Positions 12,966-26,010 of a stretch of 64,000 bases of DNA are shown here, piece by piece. Numbering within the stretch: position 1 is the first letter of the stretch; every line of letters begins with the position of its first letter. A program made the translations under genes and the position numbers. The DNA lies in the NCBI GenBank assembly GCA_030704615.1, contig CM060731.1, positions 50,592,001 through 50,656,000 of the forward strand. The letters are read 5' to 3'. The stretch comes from Takakia lepidozioides (taxonomy: Eukaryota; Plantae; Bryophyta). The notes below the pieces were generated by a model. That model made no database searches. It worked only from the letters and a program-made list of their open reading frames with translations, and had not been told where the DNA came from.

Positions 12966-15900
12966 TTGTCAGGAAGTGGTTCGCAGAATTCGGCCTTCCT
13001 AGTGTACTTTTATCACCTGCTCTCCATTGCCCACACTCCCGTGCTCGTGCATGCAATGTCTCTCAACTCCGACGTCGCTGTTTTCTACTCCATCGCGCAA
13101 GTGGAGTACCTGAGTGTCGTAGCCGACGAGAATGGGCTCGCCGTAGTTCAAGAAAACTTGCTTTGCGTAACCTTCCGCTTTGAGGCAGGGACTGTACATG
13201 TGGTGAGAGAGGTGTATGACAAAGTGGGGAAGGTCGAGGGCACATGCGTTCAGAAACCACATTTGTCTGGCAGTCGGCGAGAGTGGAGACTTCCACCAGC
13301 AAAGTATCGCGTTCGTGGGGATCAAAGCCGTCTGTCAGGAGGTTCCATAGTCACGCCCGGAACAGCAGCTTCGGTGGCTCAGGTGCCGAAAACTTTGCCC
13401 ATCAAAAGAGAAGAAACAACCTCCACCACATTTGTTGATATCTCCGATAGTTCAGAAGAGGACGTGTCGGAGCTCCCACCTCCTCCGAATCAACGTCTGC
13501 TAGGGGACCCCGATGTGCAAGAGATTGCAAGTGTCATTCCGAAGTTGCAGTCCTTGAGGGGGTTGCAAGGATGCAAGAGTGATGTGAGAGACATTGACTG
13601 GGATACAGCGAATCGTTAGAGCAAAATACCTACCCAATGAATTTAATGGTGATATCATTTTTCAGCTGCCACCAGCGACATCCTCTGGGGGATTGGCAGG
13701 ACGAATGGCGGGCATGGACAAGAAGCACGATGGACATCCATGGTGCCGAACGAAAACTTCCAATATATGCAATCCGCATAGCTTGAAGTTCCGTAGATCG
13801 ATTTGCGTTGGATACCTCCGTTGTCCAAATGCTTCTTGTCAGCACTTCCAAATGGACGGTTCGGCAAATGAGACGGAATGGGAAGGTGTCTACGACAACC
13901 CTTTCAAAGTAGGTTGTGCTTCTGCAAGCAGTAGTACTTTCGTTTGCAAGTTCTGTAAATTGGTCCCATAGTGCATCGCAAATTGCAATGCATGTATGTA
14001 CTACGTGCTTCACAATTGCAGTTACCTCACAAGGGCATGTATCCATTTCGGCATTCATGCACATGCACTATCCCGAGGACAGTGCATGGAGACTATTGAT
14101 ACAGTTCGTTCACTGCTTCAACACGAATAGCAGGAGTCCACCACTAAATTTGACACTGCCTCCCTTGACGATGTTCTAGACCATTTCTCAACATTGAGTT
14201 CTCCGAATGTGCGAAATCAAATCAACGTCCTAAGGGGGGGTGCTGCCAACACAGGCTTTATGGATAGCATCATGGAGTTAAAGCGTATAAGCCGATATGA
14301 CTTCATTCAGGACAGTGTTTTCCCGGAGCAAGGTGCCAGGAAAGTGTACTTGTTCAAGATGTCCACAGTTGGTGAGGGATCGGGAGTTAGTCTGGTGCGA
14401 AGAATGCAGCCCGATGGTGATATTCAGAAATCCTAGATTATGTTTGATCACGTGAAACGTGTGAAGGAATGGACGACCATGGCCTGTCATGTATACGATC
14501 CTGCATACCAGAGAGTGATGACTGTTGTTGTTTGTGACATGCAGTCGGAGGACACAGAGTCACAAATTCTTATGTGGAAGTCCCTTGTTAACGTCATGAC
14601 AGCTCATGGTGTCCCAGATCCAAACTTCACTGGGTTCAAGCGAATTGGAATGCTGTCCGTACTGTTTTTGGTTCAGGCAACCCCAAACTACCAATGGAAG
14701 GTCGGGAACGCACTTGCTTCTTTCATTGGAGCCAGTCCCTACAACGCCACACAAAGAGTTTCATAAAACTGGAGTTGCAGGAGGAGCATATGAGACTATG
14801 CCGTTTGTATAAAGATGCCACCTCCGAGCAGGAAGCCAACTCTATGTTCCAGACTATTCGAGCATGGTGGTACTCATCTGAGGCAGCCAGTCTGGATGGA
14901 ATCAAAGAACTGGAAGACTGGTTGGGGTTCTGGCACTTCAAAAGGGTGCCTTCATGACAACTGTAAGTTAGTAGCGAAATAGCATGATTTTGTTTTATTC
15001 CTTCTCGTCGAGAGATATGTCATAGAACAAACATGCCGTCCAATCTAGTTCTTATGTTGTTGTACGTAATCATGCTTGTGTTGAATTGCATGCAGAACAT
15101 GTCACTTGGAGGACATTGCTGATATGCCCTCTTGCAATCTAGCGGAGACTGTGCATAGTAAGTGGATGACGCAATCCGGCAAAAATGGGCGGAACCTGTA
15201 CGTTGCGACTGCAGATGACATGGTCCGGGCTATTTCGCAACAAACAAGGTATCGAGACTTCCTGAGGGGACGGGGAGCTGGCAAAGGTCCAGACAGGGAA
15301 GAGTTGCTACTCAGGGCTGCAAATAGAGCGAAGCATCCCACTAAAAGGGCGCGTGCTGTAAATGAGTTCACAAATGGAACACCTTTGCAGTCCAGGCTCC
15401 CACATCTGGAAGGGGAGGAAAGATTCGGTTCATGCAAGCGCAAACTTGACACCCCACTAGGATCCGTTGGTGACTCCTATCGGCATGACATGGAGACATG
15501 AAACTGGTGTTATGACTACTGGGCCTCTTGGAAGACGAAACCCGGCATCCTCCAGCATCTCAATTTCTTGCTTCGATAGACATGTTCCCAACTTCACTGG
15601 CCACACGGCTAGAATTTGAGGTTTGCTGAGGACTGAATCCTGGCAAGTCCCCATCACACAACGCTGAATGTCATCAGGGAAAAACCAGAACTTGTGAGGC
15701 CTGGACTCTCGCGCACCGTAATGTTTGAATAAACCAGTGAAAGACGGGGCAGGAGTCCCGCCTCCGCCCCTAGAAATCTTGCTGGTGCATTTCACAAAGG
15801 ACAGCAGAACACCCAACTTTTGATCATTGGGCTGTCCGTTCAATGTGCCACATTGCATCAACACAATCGAACTCTTCCATCGCCAGCATCATCTCTCTCT

Positions 15901-16388
15901 CTCCCCGCACTAGAGCAGAGGGATATGAAGCATTGTATACAGCAGAAGAACAGGCACTGACAGAGGGACTGCCGGATTTGAATGTCGGAGGCACAGGCAC
16001 ACGAGGTCGTGTTGAGGCAGGTCCCAAAAACGAGTGCAAAATTGAGTCAGCAAGAAACCTGCAGTGTCGGGTGACCCAAGTTGTCAATGTCCCCCCTCCA
16101 GGCTATGGGCGGGTGTACAATATGGTGACATCGGGTTCTGTTGTTCACGACAGGATTTATGAGGTAACTGTTGGGAATTTTCCAAATTGCACATGCCGGG
16201 ACTTCCAGAACACTTTATCAAGCTCTATCGGAAAGAAACCCAAATTTGTCCCGTGCAAACACCTATACTACATCTACATTCACAGGATGTTTTGTGATCC
16301 TCACCGAGACACATGCATTCACCAGTGTACAATAGGTCCCACTGACGTTCATACACTTCTGCAGCGTGATAGGATTACTGAAATGTGA
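12966..16388 (+). mobile_element. Decayed Mutator-like (MULE) transposase: GCM-like Zn domain, DDE core, SWIM finger; intron 14963-15095; internal inversion
   Basis: DGHPWCRTKTSNI..RRSICVGYLRCPNASC is GCM-like. IMFDHVKRVKEWTTMACHVYD..CDMQSED and ERTCFFHWSQS give the DDE core with the MULE CxxH motif. NCTCRDF..PCKHLYYI is a SWIM finger. Several stops and frameshifts. Confidence 0.8.
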
Positions 16389-16512
16389 GGTGTTCAGAAG
16401 GAGTTGGATTTTTTGACAATGACTCCACTTTGTTCAATGTAATGAATACATCCAATTATGTTTTGGCTAAATCTGTTTTCAGTTTGTTTGTATTGGGGTT
16501 AGTGGTTTTTCC

Positions 16513-17195
16513 AATTAAGATGTCGTTGACGACACCTTAACCCTCCCACCTGCACACCTTCGTAGCTTTGTTGGATTCATATTTTTTTGGTTATTTGGGT
16601 TTTTCGATGAATTGACATGTCGCAAAAGGTGGTGGGAAATAAGATGTCGTTGATGACACCTTAATCCCTCCAACCTGCACACGCACCGCCGTGAAAGTTT
16701 TGTTCAGGTGGACGACATCTTAATCCCCCCGACCTGCACACGCACCGCCTTGAAAATTCTGTTGAGGTTGTTGGAATTAAGATGTCGTTGACGACACCTT
16801 AATCCCCCCTGCACACGCACCGCCTTGAAAGTTTTTTTGGATTCATATTTTTTTGGTTTTTTGGGTTTTTCCATGGAACTGTCATATCGCAACAGGTGGT
16901 GGGAATTAAGATGTCGTTGACGACACCTTAATCGCCCCGACCTGCACACGCACCGCCTTCAAAGTTTTGTTGGATTTTTGTTTTTTCCATTTTTGGGCCT
17001 TAATCTGAAAAGACATGTGGCAGCAGCTGGTGGGATTTAAGATGTCGTTAACGACACCTTAATCCCCGCGACCTGTATGCGTGTCAGCTTGAAAGTTTTG
17101 TTGGATTCAAATTTTTTGGTTTTTTGGGATTTTCCATGAAATGTTTGTGGCAACAGGAGGTGGGAATTAAGAAGTCGTTGACGACACCTTAATCC
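16513..17195. repeat. Second array (6 full + 1 half copy) of the same palindrome ATTAAGATGTCGTTGACGACACCTTAAT in a different ~130-bp unit
   Basis: Cores near 16513, 16638, 16711 (half), 16776, 16904, 17036 and 17166. The flanks (CCCCCGACCTGCACACGCACCGCCTTGAAAGTTTT) are unrelated to the flanks of the first array. Confidence 0.92.
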
Positions 17196-18643
17196 CCCCC
17201 CACCTGGACACACACCGCCTTCAAAGTTTTTTTGGACTCAATTTTTTTGGTTCATTGTTTTTGGAGAAAAATTTCTGCGATTTTGTTTTGTCCTCCACTT
17301 CTCATGTTCTATCCTCATCCCTCCTCTACAGCCCCACCCCCATCAGAAGAGTCCATAAGTAACTCAAATTTACTCTTGTATGTAATTGCCTTGTAACTTC
17401 AGCAGTTTCCTTCAAGTTCCCTCAAAGTAAGTACTGCCAAGATCAGCCGACAAATCTGAAATTCAGGACACACTCGAGATGCAATTGCTCCACGTGAAAC
17501 AAAAACGAAGTCATGGTTCATCCATTTCGCTCATTTCTCATCCACAAGTCATCCACCATTCATCCTTTCCACTTTTCATTCATCCGGAAACCATTCATCC
17601 GTTGGCTTTTTCATCGCACATTCGTATCATACGGTCGTCATGGAGCTTGGATTGTCCCATCGGATGGGGTGTGCATGCGTCCGTGCATTGTAGTTTTTGT
17701 CCACGGCAATAGGCCATCTTCTTCCCTCGGTTGTAGGCTCCCATTCACTAATCTGCTCACGCTTAAGGGATTCTGCTCATGTTTTCCACTTTAAGCGTGA
17801 GCTGCTCACACGGTAGCTACCCTCATGTAAGAATGTCAACATCAATAACGAGGTTGCCCCCAGGTTTTGTGAAGAGTGCTCATCAACAAGCTCAAAAACC
17901 TGCCAAGCTGGTATGACCTCAATTCGCAATGTTTCATACTAAATACGTCAAAGAGAAGCTGATACTATCTTGAAATGATGTTTGCACTCTGATAAGTATG
18001 TAATGTCTTGAGAAGCATTGAGTTCTGATAGCTTTTCTATATCTACCAAATGAATCACAAGATCTTCTTAAACAAAGCAACAATGTTTACGAAGAACTTG
18101 TGATTTACTTGGTTGCTCGTATGTATGACCATACATACAGTCAGCTAGAGAACTAAAAATCTCTTATAGCTATGAATGCTGACTATAGCTGATTTTTAGT
18201 TCTCCGCCTTCCATAAGGTACTAACGGAAGGTGTCGCTCAGCTAGGACTAATTAACTGCAGTAATAACCAATCAAGCCCAATGTTCCTAAGTACACTGAT
18301 TAATAATCTATGTGACTATCAACGATATTTTTCAGGAACAAGGTGTAATTTTTAATATTGCGTTCAATATAGGTAACCTGAATATCAATTGGTGATAGAA
18401 ATACGACCCAAATTAATGATGAATTGTTTGATATACGTTGTGGCTGTTCTTATTCATCCACAACCATCTACACATGTGCCTCGACATGATGGTAAAACCT
18501 GTCTGGTGATATTAGGCTTGATTAATGGTGTTTTTTGCATAATCGTGAGATCCACTAAAATTAGTATTTATGTGTCCCAATATTCCATAGCAGACTTCTA
18601 GGTTCCCATTCTGGTCATTAGAAGACACCTTTATAGGCGGGAG

Positions 18644-19396
18644 ATGTATCGAGAGGTTTGCAAGCATTTACATAAGCGATTCCGTCTAGCTATCTGGAGC
18701 TGCATGGAGCTAAGGAACCTGAAGCCAATTCTCGAAGTCTTGATGGAGGGATTGCCACAGCCAGAGTTTACTTTGTCGCAAGAGGACTATATCACTTGTC
18801 CTACGTATGTAAATCCGAACTATAATGATAGAGTTCAAATTCCCCCGAGTGTCGCCACTTTTGAAAACTAGGGCAGAAGTCTAGAGGCGAGTTCACTGAG
18901 AGCAACATACGTATGACCGATGAACTCCCAAGAAGTGTCTGTAAACCCTCCGTGGCCATGCATATATCCCAAGACGTTCCAATCCATTGATGAAGACAAT
19001 GGTTTCATGTTGAAGCTCCAGAAGTATCTCATTGCAATGTTGAAGTATTCGACTGTCCAAGGATATGTTCAATTTAATAGGATTGGAGCACAACCAGAAA
19101 GCCTTTTTCATCCAAATATAGATGTTGTCGATCACATATTGAAAGCACTGTAGAAATTAATGTATTTCTCCATAAATAACTTAATAAAAATATTTTGTGG
19201 GGATCCATCCTTGTGCAATTTACTATCAATGTTTTGTCATGTATGTACCGTCAAAGTTCAGTTGGGTTTCTTGGTAAACACATTTTTCAAAACAATTATC
19301 AGGAGATATGTTTTCATCCTGTGCCATGTTGTGAAACCATCTTTTTCAGTAATGTCGACATGCATGTCAATGTTGTATGGAATGTTTTTCATTTGA
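18644..19396 (+). pseudogene. Decayed coding region of unknown function
   Basis: ORFs 18644..18871, 18920..19153 and 19160..19396 share one frame and are separated only by isolated stops, giving about 250 codons. No recognisable domain. Confidence 0.35.
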
Positions 19397-20002
19397 TTAT
19401 CTATAATATCTTACAAGTTTTAAGGTCTGTGCGCAGGTTATCATAGAATGCACAGAGGATGGAAACCTCGTTGACTCCCAAAGTCATCAAATGGAGGAGA
19501 GTGAGTATCACTAGTTTCGTGCCTCTGGTGGTCTGACCTTTGCAACCAGATTGTGGGAGAAAGAACAACCATTCCACATTACAATATTCCTATTTTTTCC
19601 TCGAAACACAAGGAACATTCACGCCAAATGAAGAAGAATAAAGTAATTTCTTTTGTTCGGATTTTGTGTACCTGAGTCTTTCATATTATGTCGTCTTCCA
19701 TCTCTGATGAATCATTTTTACTCCAGGTCAGAATGGCTGTAGTGCCTGACCTGCCAGTGAAGAGACGTCTTCTACTGCCCTATAATCCAACGTAATCTTC
19801 ATATTCCGTTGGCATTCGAATCAGGATGTGGAGATCTCAAGTTATGATGTGACTCCGGGATGGGATGCATCCGTCCCTTCATGCATTTGTCGAGTTATCC
19901 TCGGGATCAGAAAAAACTGTTGGAGAACAATCAAGACCAAATATGCAAGTACCCAAAATGAAGATCTTGAAATAATCTTGTTGTCTGCCTGGCCCTGACA
20001 AG

Positions 20003-20040
20003 CCCTGGTCGCGCGCGCGGCCAGGGTGACGGCATACTAG
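20003..20040 (+). mobile_element. Helitron-like 3' terminus (GC hairpin + 10 nt + CTAG)
   Basis: CCCTGGTCGCGCGCGCGGCCAGGG forms an 11-bp stem with one G:T pair, followed by TGACGGCATA and CTAG. The next base is C rather than the canonical T. Confidence 0.5.
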
Positions 20041-22089
20041 CCTAGGGGGTAGTGACAAGTTGCGGTGTAGGTTGGGCTCAACGAACCGCCTACCCAGATG
20101 CGGTAAGTGCAGGGGTCCGTAGCAGCTATGGATGGATCTAAACGATCTAACTTCCTACCGACAAAGCAAAGCTTAACAACTCCACTTCACAGGGCGATTT
20201 GCATTTCCTAGTCCTACGTTTTGTTTATGGATTTTCTATGTCTTTAATCGTAATTGTCTTCCAAGTCTTTGTTTATTACTACTTCTTACATGCCTGGACT
20301 CCCAACACGCTTATAGCCGGGACGAAACTTCAAATCCCTTCACAAAACGAATCCCGAGCCCAGGGAGACGGGCGCCCAATGCCCCCCCTAAACCCCGAGG
20401 TGGATTAGTTTCCTATCTCCTATGAAGGGACCGGATCCGTTTTTTCAAGTCAATCTCCCCTGCTTAGAGCGATCCAAAGTTTCAACCTCAATGGTCAGTC
20501 CATCGGATGAATGATAACAATTCAAACCTCTATGTAATTCCCGAGATCTAATAAAACAATGGCCGTTCCTTGGCCCAACCACCCCCCCAGCGGCCGGGTA
20601 TTTGCATTCAAATATCCTCGGCGGAAGGGGACGATACCTCCCATTAAAGCTTCTGTTTTAAGTTAAGGGGGTCCGGATAAAATCCCTTAGTAAAGGCGAA
20701 TTACCCTGCTGAATAATGAAGAACAAATAATTAAAACCTTCCTACAAATGCATGGAATTCTTAGAAATAGAGAATCATCGGGATTCTGGAGCTAACTAAA
20801 TTATCCTCAAGGTACCAGGGGAATGCCCTTTATGTCGGGAGCGTTGGAGAACCGCTCTCCACTTGGGAGCGCCCTTAAATTCCTATACCAAACCAATCAA
20901 TAACGCATTAGCAACTTAAACAATCACCGGCCCATGATGAATGAAATCTGATTCCCATTAGTTTCTCATCTGATCGCCACCTTGGTGTGTAAACAATGAT
21001 TAAACATTCAGTGGGTCTCGAGGTCCATTTCCTGCGCCTCTTCTACCTACTTCCAATATAATCTGATTAAATTATGCAAGCAACCAGCCTAGAACGAAGT
21101 TGGAACATGTCATCTTCTACCTTGTGAAACCCCTACTAGGGATTCTCTCCTCCCTGTCTCTGGGCTCTCTCTCTCTGCCTGTGGCATCCACCCGTGAGTC
21201 GTGCTTTCACAAGCCCCGGGATACATATCAAACTGATGGCCTCAATGGGGCCTATCCAATGGTACCAACCATTTCTTATCCTTTGCTAAAACACGCATTC
21301 ATTCCCATGCAAGAAGAACACCATGAATAATGCACAAGAAATTGCATAAGGAGAAAACCCCCCTTAAAATACCCGTACCAGGGACTGGCAGGGTCCGTCG
21401 TAATATCCAACGGTTAAAACCGATACCCCGCGGCCAGCACTAAGTGGCGCGACGTGACTAGCGCCGGTCCAGTGGGTAATAGCAAACTCCGTCGTCTCTG
21501 CCGCTCGTGTCGTACCTGCGCGGGCCCATCTATGACGCTTGGTGTTGCCACGCAGTGTACCAGCAACCCGTACTTTGCTCCAGGGGTCAACTCCCCCCAG
21601 GGGGAAGGCCGCGCCACCCGTGTTAGATGCGCATTTCCATGGCAATTCTAGGCAACCTCCTTAGTTGACCTCCAGCCTAGAGGCGCCTAAGGCGCCGACA
21701 CTTTAGTGCTGGGCTCTGCCTTTTTTGGCAGCTCTCTACAAAATAGCTTAACCACTTATAAAGCTAGTTAGCAGTGCCTCCTATGGTCCTCTATGGCCAG
21801 GGGGCTTATAGTCTTCTTTACAAGGTACGTCGATGAACCTCCACTTAATAGCCGAGGTTCCTCTTTTGGTATTTTTTTTTTGTTATGTCTTCTCTCCTCG
21901 GAAAGATGTGCAAGCCCCCAAGACATATTTGTTTCGGGCAAGGTAGCGTCATTGTGCATTTGAGACAGACCAAATCTTTCTAGGTAATTAATGTGAATGT
22001 GGACGACATAAACACTAAGATGTTTATGATGTGATTGCTCAGAACTACATCTCTCAACCTTTATCTGCCACAGTGGGAAAGAGGAAATA

Positions 22090-22600
22090 GATGTTGTTAG
22101 TATTGACTCTTGAGTGTCAACGGACTCCTCTGTTACCGGCCACCTCCACCCGGCGATGACCTATTTAAGGAGAGATTTCGTTTCAAGAAATTTACAATTC
22201 AACTTCCCGACAGACCTTTTGTGGTTCTTCGGCCCGGAGTGTTGGATTTTCTAAAGCTTGCATTGATGCATTTTCACTAGCAATTTGGTTATGTGCTGAA
22301 CAAGGTGTTTTTTGTAGGATGTTGGAGTGCTTTGTTCCACTACAAATTGCGAAGAAGTTTTGCTTTATTTGGTCAGCTGAGGATTGCAATGATACCACCG
22401 GTTATATCAAGCCCAAGATGAAATATCTCGTTAAGGATATTCGCAGTGTTCTTACTAAGTTCCCTAATAGACCGTTTGCGAGGCAAAGGCAAATACTCCT
22501 TGTGGATGCCTCCAAAACCCACAAAATACTGGATTTTTCCCTTTATCATTCAAGCCATCACCAAAAGGCTTGGGTGACCAGGATGATATGACAAAAGCAG
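22090..22600 (+). pseudogene. FCP1/NIF-type HAD phosphatase-like relic
   Basis: LLVL..VNGLL, VVLRPG, FSLAIW, FIWSAEDC and LLVD occur in the order of the NIF/FCP1 domain. Frameshifted, with the catalytic DxDxT lost. Confidence 0.5.
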
Positions 22601-23994
22601 TGTGGCCATATGTATCGGAGATGGTTGGAGCTTCAACAGTCGTTGGTTACGTCAGCGAGAACCATGCAAAGCGTTCTCATAAGACTATTGGTCGCGACCA
22701 CGCCTACTGGGCTTAGTATGGAAGATATGTTGATCCTCGTGTTTTGATCCCACAACAAAAAAAAACCTGATTACCTTGGTATGTATTTATCCCACTATTT
22801 TATTGTTTATTCGAGGATTTGATGTTGAAATTGTGTTACATTTGCAGTTTCACCTTGATATATTTTCATTCTACAAATCTTCCGGATTCGGCCTAACATT
22901 TGGCATATGAACTGCTTTACCCCAGTAATATTCTAGGATCGAATTCGAAAAAAGAATGAAGAGCTTCGTGATTGGGAAGAATGGTGGAAGTCTTCAAGGG
23001 CATCAATATCATCAAGTAGAGTTACGGATGATAATGTTAGGTTTGAGTTCTTTGAGAATATTTTTGTTTCGTCTGGTGCGGAGACTGTTGCAAGTGGTTA
23101 TGGTAAATGGAGGCGTCTTCGAACACATGCCTTGACGGCGAGCCGTTTAGGAGGAGGCTCGGTATTATTAATGAGTTAGTGTAAGTCGTTGTATGGCTTT
23201 GAGACGATGGATAACTTAAGTCCATCAACTGATAGACAGTTGAGTTTACTTTTTGTATTGGTCTATTGCCAACGTTATTACAATCTCAAATAAAATATGA
23301 ATGTCTATCATCAATGTCTTCGCAGACTTCTTCTTTCATGTCCTCCTCTTCATTACATGCCATGACTGTTCTATGTTTGGTTTTGTACGTCATCGGTATT
23401 GATAACTACTTTGGTTTGATATCTGACCTCAAATCATGGTTTAATCATTGCATCTTCTCATTTCTCTCATTCAACTCTTCATGAACGTCGACTTGGCAGT
23501 GGATGTTGTTCTAAGATCACAATACATACTTATGTTTCTCCAAAAAATGCGTGGATGATTATTATTACATGGTTATATTGTACATAAATAGCCAAATAAT
23601 TATATAGTTATGTATTTCTATTCAAAATTATATTTATTCATATGTCTTATATTATTTTTGGACCAAACAAAAGTCCAGAATTAGTTAAAATTGAATTCTA
23701 TTCTCCTTTGCGGCGATGATTGTCTGTTATGCTCCATACTCTACCTCTAACCCTCTTTTTCTGGTTGACATTTGTTTGTGAGGTTTCTTCAGCCATTTTG
23801 TTTCTGAAATCTGCACTCCTCACTGGTCACTTGATCTGCCAGCTGTATCATGATAGGGGCGCGTTCTCTTATCTAGTTCTTTTCCGTGGTATTTCAAAGG
23901 TACTCTGGAAGGTCAGCTTGCGCTTAGGAAGCTATGTTTAAATCTATGGTTGTTCAGCTGCACAGACCAGTCCGAGATCACACACCAGCAGCGC

Positions 23995-26010
23995 ACAATT
24001 CCAGCTTGAATTATGTGATCATGGATCTCTATGCCCTTTAGCAGATATGTCGGGCTGGCACACACCTTGAGAACACCAATGAAGCTAACCTTGTTGGGCA
24101 TCACCCCTTCCCATATCATCTGCTCATACAGCTCAAAAGCCTCCCTGCTACACCCATGCTGGGCATATCCTGCAATCATTGCACTCCACGACACCAAATT
24201 TCGTCCAGCCATTTTGTCAAACACTCGCCGTGCATCTTTAACACTCCCGGATTTGGCATACATGTCCACAAGGGTATTATCCAGATTTATGTACGACGCA
24301 ATTCCAGCTTTGATGATGTCAGCATGTACCTCCTTTCCCTTTTCTAGGTCTGCCACACTGGCACATGCATTTAAAACAGAAATGTACGTGACCTTGTTGG
24401 GTGCCACCCCTTTCTGTATCATTTGCTCATACATCTTGAAAGCCTCCATACTGTACCCATGCTGAGCGTATCCACCGATCATCACACTCCAAGAGACCAC
24501 ATTTTGTTGAGCCATACTGTTGAACACCTGACGTGCATCATTTATACTCCCACATTTGGCATACATATCAACAAGGGTATTATCTAAATTTATGTATGAC
24601 GTGATTCCCGCTTTCATGATGTCAGCATGGACCTCTCTGCCTTCTTCCAGTGCTCCCAGGCTGGCACATGCATTCAGAACACAAATAAAAGTGACCTTGT
24701 TGGGTGTCAACCCTTTCGATTGCATTTCCTTATACATGTTGAAAGCCTCCCTACCACACCCATGCTTGACATAGCCTGATATAATTATATTCCATGAAAA
24801 GATATCTCGCTCAGGCATTTTGTCAAACACATGGCGTGCATCCACCACACTCCCACACTTGGTATACATGTTGACAAGGCTGTTGTTAAGGAATATATCT
24901 GGTTTGAATCCACTTTGCTTCATGTGGGCATGCACTTGTTTTCCCTCCTATTGATGCACTCATGCAAGAGACAGGCGTAAGTATTGGGGTCTACCGAAAT
25001 GGGTGGTTCAAAATGAGCAGTGCCTCTTTTAGTCGTCCTCCCTTACACAGTGTTCTCACATCCCCACAAACACCAGAAGACTTCTTGCCAACTTCCTTTG
25101 TCAATCCTGCAAGCCAGGCTGATTGTGGATCCTGCATGAACAACAGTGTACTCTTCCCATCCTGTCCATCCAGAAAAATATTCATTTTCCGTGAAATCTA
25201 GGTGATTTGACAGGACCACTTGGCCCAGCCCAAACCAATTAAGTGGCTGCACAGAATTCAAATGATAGGAAGATTAGAACAGTCTGTTAAGTTTCCGAAG
25301 GCACATCTGCTTGGTATTGCATCATCAGCCACATAAACCCTGCTTAATGTGGGACAACTATACTTTAATCCTTCATTTCTTACTGAGAGTTACAAATCAT
25401 GAATACTTGCTGCTAGCAGCTAACACTGACGGCGTGAAGTTCTTCCAGCAAACACCCCAACCCTACTTATTACAGTAGTTCCAATTCTGAATTGCATCTG
25501 CTTCTCTCTGTAGTCCAACAGGTATTCACCTTTTTGTCTCCATTGTCCCACCATTGACTGGGGTCGGAAAAGTGTTCATTCCAAAGCTTCTCCTCATCTC
25601 TGTTATCCGTTTCTGAATACTTTCCTGCTGCCACATCGGCGGTAACTTGTCAAAGTCACTCCAAACCACCACATATCCACCCAACGAGCTAACTTAAAGA
25701 ATTCAATATGAATCTTAGGGCCGAGTATGATGAGAGGGCAAAACAGGCTGAAATAGGTCGAAGAAGAAGGTGCCCTCACCACATTGTCCTTGACCTTGTG
25801 TCAGACCCATGGAGGATTTGACTGACCATCAACCCAAAAGGACCTCTTGTGTGTGCTGCTTGTGTCTGTAGTCAGGTAATGTCGGATTGCTCTGTGAGAA
25901 CCACCACGGTGCAGCTGAGCAGGCAGAGATTGAAACACCCAAGCTGACTCTCCCAAGAACCTTGTAAACATCAGGAAGAACACCAAATCATGGTACTAAC
26001 AGGAGCCAAG
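23995..26010 (-). pseudogene. PLS-PPR pseudogene with an N-terminal OSB-type PDF-motif exon; frameshifted and truncated before E/DYW
   Basis: The exon at 26010-25530 encodes NPTLPDYRHK..EVL/WVDGQSNPPWV and RDEEKL..PSQWWDNGDKK, with donor aag|gtgaat at 25529. Then DVRTLCKGGRLKEALLIL, a deletion/frameshift near 24960, and ORF 23913..24935 with about 9 P/L/S motifs. Confidence 0.82.

Noticed and set aside
15843-16388. Stand-alone 181-aa SWIM protein
   Set aside because: The N-terminal third is the antisense of the inverted segment; the rest is the transposase C-terminus.
20041-21780. Possible LTR or decayed ORF block
   Set aside because: No recognisable motif, termini or second copy in the window; left unassigned.
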